Shown in pieces: positions 36,063-47,444 of a stretch of DNA of 64,000 nt. Position 1 is the first letter of the stretch. Every line of letters begins with the position of its first letter. The position numbers were made by a program, and so were the translations under genes. Source of the DNA: Yuukianura sp. NJ FZ-2021 (taxonomy: Eukaryota); the NCBI GenBank assembly GCA_046563655.1, contig CM102289.1:1116001-1180000 (forward strand). Direction: 5' to 3'. Under the pieces are notes generated by a model. The model had not been told where the DNA came from. It did not search any database and worked only from the letters and a program-made list of their open reading frames with translations.

Positions 36063-37608
36063 TCATAACAACGTATGTGGGTCTTGTGGTTGAGGTTGGA
36101 GGTGGGCCGCTTCTCGATTGTCTTCTGGCCCACTCTGATGTGGAAGTACTTCATTCCCATGCGGTGGGGCTGGCCCCACCCCGACCAAGTTGGACTCCTT
36201 TTGGTCATGCCCATTGAGTGTCCCATCAGCCGGATCATCTTCGTCTTTTTGATTGTCTGCTGGAGCAACCTTGATGTCATCTTCAGCAAAGTCAAGGTTT
36301 TCACCGACATGAGCCCCATCACCATCAGCTGTTTCGCCGTTATTGGAGCCTGGAATCGGAAGAACTCCAATGCCTTCACCAACATTTTCTTCCTTAGCGT
36401 TGTTAGAGGAAGGTGCTGGATTCATTTGTTGTTCTGTGGATAACAGTTAATCGATTAACTTTGAAAAAATTAAGAAATTTTTGAGTAAGTTGTGATTGGC
36501 AAAGCTTTATTTGCAGGCGAGCAAGGTTGGTTTGGTTTTTGGTAACTTCAGAAACTATGTTCTAGGCAGCACGGTGATATCTGGTTGGCGGATTGGCTAC
36601 ACTGAAACGAGCCGTTTTTGGCACGGAATGTGGTGGGTCAAACACAATAATGGGAGAGTTATGGTACAACATTCCATGCGTGTCTTTCCGTTTCACAGTG
36701 AGATTCGGTTTGTGTTTGTAAAACGTTCCATCCATCCAACCCGGTGGGTATTTCACTTCTGCAAAAGTTTAAACTTAAAAAGTTGGACTCCAGACGGAAC
36801 GTTTTACTAACAAAACACAAAAGCAGTAAGCACAAGTAAAAGTTTAAAGTTTTAATTTACCCGCGCCACCCGGAACTGGAACAGCCACGAATGCTGGAGC
36901 TTGAGACTCATCTGGTTTTGGAATGACATCGTGAGTATTGCCAGTACGTGGAGTCTCCTTCTTCATGGCAGCATCTTGAAGCGATTTGTTAAGTTTATCC
37001 TTCTGCGATTTCTCTTCCTGTAACTGAGCCTCCAGCCTCACAACCTTGGATTTGAACTCATTAATTTCCTTGTTCTTTGTATCCAGTTGGGCCTCAACGT
37101 TTTTCTAGAAACCAAAAACGATTAACATTAGGTCAATTACGTTATCATTCTTCATTAATCGAAGTCTTTTCGTTACCAAATCATCTGTAAGTTGGAGAGC
37201 CTCCTTCTGACCACTTTCTAATTGGTCTCTCAGAGTCTGTATCAGTTGCTCTTTCTCTGTCAATCGTTTTCTAACGTCCTTCTCAGCAACTTGCTCTTCC
37301 ATAAGGGAAAACTCCATTTTCTTCTTCTCATCTACCGTCTTATCATAAGTAGCTTTTAGCGCTTCATTGTTTTTATCCCTGGAAAGAAAAGAAACAAGCC
37401 AATTAGTAATCGTTAGTTACAGAACTGTGAATTGCCGAGTAAAAACTTACAATTGAATCGCTTGTTCCTCTGCCGTGTGGAGTTTATGGAGGAGATCACG
37501 ATTATAAGTAGAGAGATTCCAGTAACTGTAGAGTACGATTAGGGCGAATATCGTGATGGCTCCAACGGTTATGTTTGGGCTACATTTTCCATATGAATGC
37601 ATCCTCAT
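36063..37608 (-). CDS. Type II membrane coiled-coil protein with acidic tail (GOLM1/CASC4-like architecture)
   Basis: Short N-terminus, TM ITVGAITIFALIVLYSYW, heptad-rich exons, D/E/N-rich last exon. The family name rests on architecture only. Confidence 0.6.
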
Positions 37609-37679
37609 TCTTCTTGGTAATCAAAACTTACGGTAATTTACAAATCTAGACTAATCACTTCTAAGTTCAGATTGATTCT

Positions 37680-37912
37680 GACTAGCTGGAGCCCGTGATG
37701 TTTACACATCACGAAATTTACTTGAAAAGTTACAAGCAATTGGTCATTCTGAGTCAAAGGAAGAAGCACGGGGATTTTTGAAATGTATGTCGACGATATT
37801 TAACATTTTGTCAAAAATACCCTAGCTTCTTCCTTTGACTCAGAATGACCAATTGCTTGTAACTTTTCAAGTAAATTTCGTGATGTGTAAACATCACGGG
37901 CTCCAGCTAGTC
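37680..37912. repeat. 88-bp perfect inverted repeat; each arm resembles a Helitron 3' terminus
   Basis: 37680-37767 vs 37825-37912; each arm has the hairpin CGTGATGT-GTAA-ACATCACG, then 8 nt, then CTAG-T. Confidence 0.85.
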
Positions 37913-38081
37913 TTCCTTAAACTTATGCATTATATTATGTTATGCGTTATGCATTGTATTTCACGGTTGAGCGCACTTGGGAACCGCCCCCAAGGCCATG
38001 CCCGTGCCCAATGTTTGATCCGTAGATCGAGGCTAGGAGTTAGTCCCTCGTTTATGGTTTGAATTATTTACTGTGTCTTTC

Positions 38082-41000
38082 TTAAAGAAAAATCTCTTTA
38101 TAAACGCAATTTGTTGTAAACCATTTGTCTTGGCCTTTAATTAATTGGCCTTGGTTTTTTGTATTTAGTATTTTTACCCTTACATTACTTTTCTTAGTAC
38201 TGCGGGAAAAAGCCACATACAACTGTCCGTGGCTGAATACGGGCATTGGAAGATAAATGCCAACGTGTTCGAGTGACTGTCCTTGGGCTTTGTTTATTGT
38301 CATTGCAAAGGCTAACATAATGGGGTACTGTCGCCGTTTCATTTCAAATGGCAAATCTGTATCACCAGGTACTAAGTCAATTCTTGGAATTAGTACTTGG
38401 GAACCTTTGCATTTACCCTCAAGGATTTCAGCCTGAATAACATTAGGCTTTAGTGACTTAATCATGAGTCGGGTTCCATTACATAGGCCTAGTTTCCGAT
38501 TTAAGTTTCTAAGCAGCATAACAATACATCCAGTTTTTACTTTTAAAGCATGTAGTGGCACACCGGAAGGATTTATAGTATTCAAGTACTCTACTGGAAA
38601 GTTTTCAACGCTCCCTTCACCATCTTCAGCCACGGAATCAACACTGAAGTAGGTAACTATCTCGCCGTCAGAACGATCGAGTACTTCATTATTAAGTCCA
38701 TGAACGTCTTCGTTCTTTGGAGTTAGTATCGCTCTCTTAGCGAATTGGCTAATATTTTCATCACTGAAGGTAATACTGCTTCCAAAAATTGAGGATATTA
38801 AGTCTTCTTCCTCGATACATTCGCCTGGAATTTCAATTACGTCGTCACCAAGACCGTAACCATTTGACAGCTCTCCATCGCCAAGTCTTAACAGCCATTG
38901 ATTGTACTCAATTTCATCTGGAGAAGTACGCATATTTTGATGGAGCTTCAGGAATTTAAAATGGCGCCACACTTTGGCTTGTTTTACAGAGGATTGGACA
39001 ATCTGTACCCTTCCGCCGTGTTTTACTATGGGCAATGTTTGTCTAAAGTCGCCCCCGATTAGGAAAAGCTTATTGCCAAATGGCTTGTTGATCCCCATTA
39101 CTTCACGGAAGAGCCTATCAACCGCGTCCATATTAAAGCATGGCGTCATTGTGACTTCATCCCAAATAATAATCGCCGCTTCCCTTAGCTGTTTTGCTTC
39201 TTTGGATGTTGGTTTTATTTTTGAGGTTGTAGTTTCATTGCTTTTTATACCTAGACCAAATCTGGAATGGTATGTTGTCCCACTTTCCAAAAGTGTGGCG
39301 GCTAAACCTGTGGAGGCCACTGCGCAAACATTCAGCTTCTTCCCTTGAAAAGTTTTCATGATGGTGTTATACAGAAAAGTTTTCCCACTTCCTCCAGGTC
39401 CATCAATAAAATAGCACTTACTATAACAGTCAGCTTCATACGCTTGGAGGACTGTATCGAATGCAACCTTTTGTGCTTCATTTAGCATACCTGCCAACTC
39501 ATTAGCTTCCGCAGCTATAGCCTCAAAATCTATTTGATGTATATATTGCTCAAGATCTTCCCTTGGCATTGGAAGGCCGAAATCAGAACACGATTTTCTA
39601 TGTAAACTCAAGGAATCATCAATATCTCTCAATGCCATTTGAACAGCTATTTCATGAGTATATTCTCTGATATAGTCCTCAATGAATTCATCCTTGAATT
39701 TTTCCCACAATTCAATGGGATTTGTTGGCTCTCCAAACACGCAAATTATTGCAAAAAGCTCTCTTAACTGTGAGGGCATTTGATACGTTACTGCATCCGT
39801 AATGCAGTTTTCCCATTGCGAATCATCTGCGAGTAGCTGCATTGCAATAGCTGCAGCTTTAAAGTTTTCATGGACGACACCATCAATGGTTCTAACATCT
39901 TTGAATGACGTTGGCCCCTTGACATGAAGCAGGAGCAATCGGAGATAGTATAGTTCTCCTGAGGCAACTGACACAGTGTACATTCTGCCAATGGTTTTGC
40001 CAAAATGAGCCTTTCTTTTCTGCCAACCTGGCATAAATTGTCCTGGAATTTTTCTTTTCCAAACATAATGCTCCGGAATTTCCATATATGTGTATTGGTG
40101 AGCACTACTATCGCACTTATTTAGCTCAAAAAATCCTTGTAGTGTTGTTATTTTTTTATCTATAGCTGCATCCACAGCGTCCAATTCGTCGCCGTCTTCA
40201 AAGTATATTTGCTGTTCATTTTCCAAATGAATTGCAAGACGCTTAATGTCATGCGACCTATCATCCATTTTTCTTTTCTTATACGCCACATAGCTTCTGG
40301 AGCACTTATATACCTTGTATCTAAGTACATCGCTGGCTCGTCCCAGTTGAAAGTATCAAACCTTATATTTGCGCAGTCGTGTCCTTTGTAAATGTATTTG
40401 AAAAGATATTTCACACTTTTTATTGAAGCGCATATTTCAACATTAATATGGCTGTTGTATGTCAATGACAAATAACGGTTATATGGTACAACCCATTGGT
40501 TGTCCACAGTCTTGTTTCCAAGATTATAAACTTTCCCAGTATTTTCGCGTTTGTAATTTGGATATCCATTCACATTGGGATTGGTTTCTGAACAAAAATC
40601 TTTGGGAAATTTCTTTGTACAGACCCCTTCACTCATGCAAGGAGATGTAGGGTTCAACGTACCACATGGCCCGTGGATCATATTTTGTAACACAATTTTG
40701 TGCAATCTGGGATTTGCTTCCGGGTCTGGAATTTCCGCCGATACTATTTTATCGATGTCTTCGGCTGTCCGTAACTTACTATCATTGTCAAGGATAAAAA
40801 GCATATGCGCATGCGGTAATCCACGCTTTTGGAATTCAATCACATAGACATGTGAGATTACTTTTCCAAATATATTTTTTTTCAGGATATCCTCCAAAAG
40901 TTGTTTGAATTTTAGCTTGAAAACCCTGGCAACTAAGTCAGGACGAAACTCAGGGCTTTGCCATGGTTCTAAGTTTTCAGTGATTTCACGCCATTTTGGG

Positions 41001-42541
41001 TTACATGTCATTGTAATGAAAAGGTCAGGCTTTCCATATCTTCGCACTATGCTCATAGCGTCTTGGAAATTTTGCTGCATTGCTCTCGGACTTCCTGTAA
41101 AAGAAGACGGCAATATAACTGCAGTTCCTGCTTTTAGACCTCGATTTTCTGAAATATTATGAATATGATCCATAATTCCAGCATAGGAATCTACTCGTAG
41201 CTGCTTTTGATTGAATCGAATGAAATTTAGTCGATACGATTCAATCTTTACATAGCTATCAACTATAAACTGTTGAGTTAGCTTTCCCGCATTTAGAATC
41301 GGATTGAACTCATCCCTCACAGCTAAGCGATAGGCATAATACTGGAGTTGAGTGATTTTTCTTTCATTCACACACTCGTACTCGGGATCCTGCTCTGGGT
41401 CAGGAGTAATACCTCCCATACTGTTGTGATACATGGAACTAAGAGCTAAGTCCACAGTCAAGTTTGTTGTCCAACCGCTGTCACCAAAGGGAAACGACAA
41501 AGGATATGTCATTGCATCGCACTTTTTGTGAAGAAAGCTTATTTGGAATGTTTTGTTTTGACTTCTTGAATGAATTCGTATGTCACGGTCAAATGGAGGC
41601 TCTCCCATTGCGTTCTGAAAAATAATGGCTACCTCATTACATCTGGGTGCGTTATACCTCCTTTGGTCGTTGCTGGAATTGTTGACAATTGACATTGTCA
41701 CTTCTAGAGGAAGTCTACCTTCAGCTTGGGCTGCTCGCTCTTCTTGTATTTCAAATTCGCGCATCATTTTATAAGCAGCGGCGAATGGGTTTATATTTTG
41801 AATCAGAATTCCTAACTCATTCATCAGAGTCAGATCGCAGCCAGAATTGGCCTTTTGTCCAAGACGGGCATTTAATGCCTCAGCTGTGTCCAGAATATAA
41901 ATTTGAGAATACTGTGGAGTATTCCCAATCGGTGGATGTAATGGTCCAGTTCGGTGGTAGATCTGACCGTGAATTCGGAAACAATAAGGTCCGTAACCTG
42001 GAGGTGGTGCCACCTGAGCTCCCATTGAGGCAAAAGCCAAAGCACTGTTGTAGGATCTAATAAAATCCAGAAAATTTTTGGACTTCGGATTTTCTCCTTT
42101 CATTAACTCCACGATTTTATCATTAACTTGTATTGGTCTCAATTTAATCTTGCCCTTTTCACAGCAAGATGTGAATTTTTTATCTGAGGCTCGCTCTTTT
42201 TCAAAGTTTTTGGAGCCGCAATATTCACACCTGGCATCCATTGGGCCACAATAGTGCTCATCTACATTTTGCGCATCAAGAAAATTTGTAGTGTTTTGTA
42301 CTGCAGATTGCGATATGGTGTCATATAAGGTTCGTCTTCGAAACCTCAATCTATCCGCTTCTCTTCTTTCAGCTATTTGTTCAGAAGTCGCGTTCGACCT
42401 TCTGATTTGGGCATCCAGCCTCGCAGCATGCCGTTGTTGCTCAACTTGATCGGCCGGACGATTTGCTCTGTAAAGCCTCTTGCGCACGGCAGCTGGTGTC
42501 ATGGACAATTCCCGTTTTGTTCCTGGCATAATTCCTGTCAA
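38082..42541 (-). CDS. Helitron Rep/Helicase (HUH-Y2 endonuclease + PIF1 helicase), one frameshift near 40270
   Basis: PDLFITMTCNPKW, VIEFQKRGLPHAH, KYLFKYIYKG; GPGGSGKT, IIIWDE, GGDFRQ, AMTINKAQGQSL, HGQLYVAFSR. Confidence 0.95.
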
Positions 42542-42574
42542 ACTGTCTGTCCAATTACAGTAAATTCAATTTAG

Positions 42575-43060
42575 GTACAACTGTACAATTATAGTTTATT
42601 TCAACGAAGAAGTACGACTACAATTATAGTTTAGTTCAACCAAGAAGTACAACTATGCAAATTATAGTTGACTTCAACCAAGGAGTACAACTGTACAATC
42701 TATTGTTGACTTCAACCAAGTAGTACAACTGTACAATTTATTGTTGACTTCAACCAAGAAGTACAACTGTACAATTATAGTTGACTTCAACCAAGAAGTA
42801 CAACTGTACAATTATAGTTAACTTCTACCAAGAAGTGCAACTGTACAATTATAGTTAACTTCTACCAAGAAGTGCAACTGTACAATTATAGTTGACTTCA
42901 ACCAAGAAGTACAACTGTACAACGATAGCTCACTTCAACCAAGAGTGACTATTAATTAATTGACTTCAATCAAGAAGTACAACTGATTACAATTGTCCTC
43001 AACCAAGAGGTTACAATTGTTCTATTCCAACTGACTTCAATCAAGAAGTACAATTGCCTA
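42575..43060. repeat. ~37-bp tandem minisatellite (about 12 copies)
   Basis: Head-to-tail CAACTGTACAATTATAGTTGACTTCAACCAAGAAGTA, degenerating at both edges. Confidence 0.9.
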
Positions 43061-44699
43061 GAGCCCTAACTTTCAAAACGCTAACCTACAATCCTAACTA
43101 ACCTTCCTTACGTTATTTTGTGTTTAAATTATCAAAGAAAGAAATTTACTTTAAAACTTTAAAACGTTAAAAAACTTTAAACTTAAAGATTTTAACTTTA
43201 AATCAATCGTTAAACTTTAAATAAAGGAACAGATGTTACTTGTTTGATACCCTGCAAAAGAGTGGAGAGGGAGAGAGTCTGTGCTTGGAGGAGTAATGTA
43301 AAAGGGACACCCCAGGATCGTTCCACTCTTCCACACAGAGAGTTGTTTCTACATATAGTTTGCATTGCCATGCTGTTAGCATTGGGACCTACGGAGTGGT
43401 CGTCAATTAGAGTATGATTCTGCAAAGGTGAAGAATCTTTATGTCTCCACGGCTTGTCTTCTTACGAACACCATTCGTACGGACAACGATTCGTATGTGA
43501 TACCTTACGTTAAGTTGTCGACAATTCGATTATAACTAATTGTTGATTCAATTACAATTAATTGTTTCAGTAACAACGAAATGCGGTAATGTGAAGGTTT
43601 AACATAACAGCTGAACTTGACGTGTAAGTTTTTCTTTTGTTTTGTTTTGGGTTCTGGGATGGCGAAAACTCGGATAAGTCAGATATCGCTGATTTCGTTT
43701 TCAATTGCTGGTTGACGTACGGATTAAGCATGCAATTGTAACCACCGGCATTAGTTAGTTGAACCTATTATCTTTTGTGGCTCATTAACTAATACTCAAT
43801 TAACTAATTACTTTAAATACTTTTTAATCTAAAACCAATTAAGTAAAGTGAGTTTTAGAAAATAGTCTGAGCCAAATCCATAATTAGTTACAAAACATTA
43901 GTCTTGTCGAACGAAGTAATTGCTCTGGAACTTTAGGAAAAACCACACAAGAAACTAAAATCACAGGTCACAACCTCTTGACCCGCATTCATAAGGCGCT
44001 AGCACATGTCGCTTTATGAATCTAAAACAGCATTTTGTCATGGAAAAAATTAGATTTTATCATTCAATTGCCAATTTCAAACACATTTGCCCAACGATAG
44101 GCTATGTACTCTCTAGAAAATGAAATGTGAGAACCACAACCTCAAGGTCAAAACTTTTTTTCCCTGTACAATGATAAGTAAACTTTTTGTTGTATTTTTT
44201 GGTGGCATACCAGACAACCTAAAAGAGCATTTTTATTTACGGAGTGGGTGTGACCTTGGACAGAAATTGGAAATTTATCTTTCACAAAGGAATTGAACCT
44301 GTCAAGACTAACTTCAATGTCACAGGAATTTCACTTAAAAGTTTCAGTTTCATTTTAGTTATGGACAGTTTAAAGTTGAGTTTAAGTTTTTGAAGTGAGT
44401 AAATTTTGAAGTACTTGGCGTGCTCAGTGCTGCTGTAATGACAAATTGAGGATTAACAACCTCATATTTTTATCATGTTTGTTCTGTAAAACTTAAAAAG
44501 TGTCATGTGAAATCACACTTTCAACAACTTCCAAAGTATGAGGTCACTTCAACTTTTGCCTTAAAAATACTTTAGTGATGGCAAAGCGCAGTAAGCACTT
44601 CTGCAAGCACATTTCTCTGTCGCTTTGAACTCTAAATTTTAAAAAAATTTCGTTGTTTGGCAACCACGGATTTAGAATTTTCCCAAATTTTTGACAACA

Positions 44700-47211
44700 A
44701 TGTCGACGGAATCCAGGAAACCTTACTTTTTCAGAAACTGTGACAAACCAACTTTGACTCCCGTTTCAGGAATTGTTAAAGGTATTTTTTTAGAAAAAAT
44801 TGACAACCAGTTTGAAAATTTTCAAAATTTGGAATTTGGGGTTTTGACACTTGAAAAAAAAATTGTACAGGAACTGTACCTACTTGGCTCAATGGAACAC
44901 TAACCAGAAATGGTCCAGGAATTCAAAAAGTTGGAAACGACACGTACCAGCATATGTTTGATGGATTAGCAATCCTTCATCGATTTCACATTCAGAATGG
45001 AAATGTATGTTTTAATTTTTCAAAATTTTTGAATTTTGAACATTTAAATACAAATTTCAAACTTATTTTTAGGTTACATATAACAATCGACCGCTTGAAA
45101 GTGACGCTTACCGTAAAAATATGGCAGCACAAAGAATTATTGTTGGAGAATTCGGAACAATTGGACATGGAGATCCATGTGACACGCTTTTCAACAAGTA
45201 AAATTTGCACGAAAATGAAATTGTATGCTAAAATTCTGAAAATTTTTGAAACATCCATCATGAATTTTGTAGATTCAAAACAACTTTTATTTCGAACGAT
45301 AACCCCACTGAAGATCCACTTACATCCACAGACAATTGTGCAGTCAACGTAGCATTCTACGGTGACCAGTTGTATGCCATGACAGAAACTGAGTTTGTAC
45401 GTCAAATTGACCCCGTGACCTTGAATACCATTGGCGGCAAAACTAAAATCTCGGACTACGCAGCTCTCAATTTGGCTTCTGCGCATTCACACATTTTAGA
45501 GGACGGAACTGCACTCAACTTGGGCATAAACCATCGTCACAAAAAAGGAAGTTGCTACATAATTGTCAAAATCCCGCCATCTTTCGGTTCAAACGGTAAG
45601 CATTTCTAACCTAACAAAAATACTCCGACTGCATATTGCAAGAAAGAGAGAGAGAGAAAATAAGCGCATTCAGTGGGAGTCGAACCCATAACCTAATACT
45701 CCAGGGTAACCGCTCTCACCATTGTGCTACCCACTCACAAAATTTTCTTGCTCTCAAATCCTGCCTTTGAACCTTTCACAGTCAAAAATTTTACTTTTAA
45801 GGTTCAAAATTTTAAAATTTTTACAGAAACTAGTTTCAAAGATGCCAAAATCATAGCAGAGATTCCTGCTCGTTGGAGAATGTACCCTGGCTACTACCAT
45901 TCGTTCGGAATCACCAAAGACAAAATCGTATTCATCGAACAACCATTTTGTTTTAGCGTACCGCGGTACCTCATGACAAGTCTTAAAAAAACGTCGTTTG
46001 TTGGTACCCACTACTGGTACCCAAATGAAAAAACGCGTATCCACGTCGTGTCAATGGTCAACGGAGAACCACATCCACTCATCTACGAAACCGATAATTT
46101 ATTTGTATTTCATCATGCAAATACCTACCAAGAAGACGGACACATCGTCATGGACGTAGCTGGTTATGACAGTGCAGAGGTAAGTATAAGTTTTCAAATT
46201 GAAAATTTCAAAAAAAAAAAAGAGTAGATTTCTTTTCAATTTCAATTTTTCAATTTCAAAATTTAGTTTAGTTACCGCTATTTTAAAATTTGTTGTTAAA
46301 TTTCAGGATGTCGGAAGGCAACTCAACCATGACACTTATTTTACAAAACCGCAACGTGATTCAGGAGCTTCTGCACGCCGTTACGTGTTGCCGTTGAACA
46401 TTTCAGATCTTGTAATTTTAAAATTTCAAAATCTAAAACTGACTTTAATTTTTTCAGTTTCAATTGATACTTTTTCATGTTTAGACAAAAGGCGAAAATT
46501 TGGTGACATTGGAAAACACAACAGCGACAGCAGTATTGCGAAAAGGGACGAAAAACATTGTCGATTTGAAACCAGAAATCCTTGACGACGATTGGTTTGA
46601 ATTTCCGCGCATAAATTACAAATACAATGGACTCAAGTATCGCTACATCTATGGCGGGAAATCCACCAAACCTAGGGACAAATCTTTAGTTCATGAAGCA
46701 AATGTTGTAAGTCAAAACTGCTAAAAACAATAAGTTTCGTAATGGCTCCATCCTCCCAGAATTTGTATAATGAAGCGTGATAGCTCAAGGGTTAGAGTGC
46801 TTCCCGGATAAATGTGATGTGGGTTCGAATCCCACTCGGTCCCTTACTTTTTTTCTACACTCTCGGACTTTGTCTCTCAAGCTGTGAGCCCTGAACCTCA
46901 CGCAATGTTAATTTCAGTTGACCAAGTTGGACACTCAAGGAACGGAGACTTGTTGCTGGACGGGCAAAGATGTTTGGGTGTCCGAACCCGTTTTTGTGCC
47001 AAACCCAACCTTGGAAAATCCAGCGGAAGACGACGGCGTTATTTTGTCCAATTTGCTTCACGCAGATGACGAACTGAAAACAACTTTATTAATTTTGGAT
47101 GCAAAAACCATGCTGGAAGTAGCCACAGTTGAGTTTCGGACAGACGGACCAGTCACTTCCACATTCCATGGTCAGTGGGCCACGACTGGACACAAGATCC
47201 ATCTGTATTAA
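44700..47211 (+). CDS. Carotenoid cleavage oxygenase (NinaB/BCO/RPE65 family), multi-exon
   Basis: PTWLNGTLTRNGPG, HMFDG, EFGT..DPC, TDN; four Fe-ligand His contexts (SAHSH, YYHSFG, FHHAN, TFHG); FEFPRINY; SEPVFVP..EDDGV. Confidence 0.92.
45664..45738 (-). mobile_element. tRNA-like element, antisense in intron 45596-45826
   Basis: Minus strand TAGCACAATGGTGAGAGC..GGGTTCGACTCCC. Confidence 0.55.
46772..46905 (+). mobile_element. tRNA-like element in intron 46707-46917
   Basis: TAGCTCAAGGGTTAGAG; GTGGG-TTCGAAT-CCCAC; T-run; shared body. Confidence 0.65.
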
Positions 47212-47444
47212 CCAAATTTTGAACACTGGAGCCAAATTTTGAACCTTTATTTAAAATCCAAATTTTTCAAATTTAAAACCTTGAACTTTGGTACTCACAT
47301 TGGGCCGTAAGGACGCTATGAATTGAAATGAAAATTAGACTTAAATAAATTTCAATTTGAAAAAATTGTAAAATGGATTTTATGTATTTTAAACACAGAA
47401 TTTATTCAATCGATTGTCCGAAATTCTGTTTTTGGTCAAAACAT

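Larger units (their letters stand above)
37682..43060 (-). mobile_element. Helitron (5' end not located; probably extends beyond 43060)
   Basis: Rep/Helicase gene plus a hairpin-CTAG 3' terminus at 37682. Confidence 0.85.

Noticed and set aside
42575..43060. CRISPR array
   Set aside because: Units are head-to-tail with no unique spacers; eukaryotic context and no cas genes.
43210..43425. Coding first exon or captured gene of the Helitron
   Set aside because: No recognisable protein in the frames I translated; the 5' terminus could not be located.
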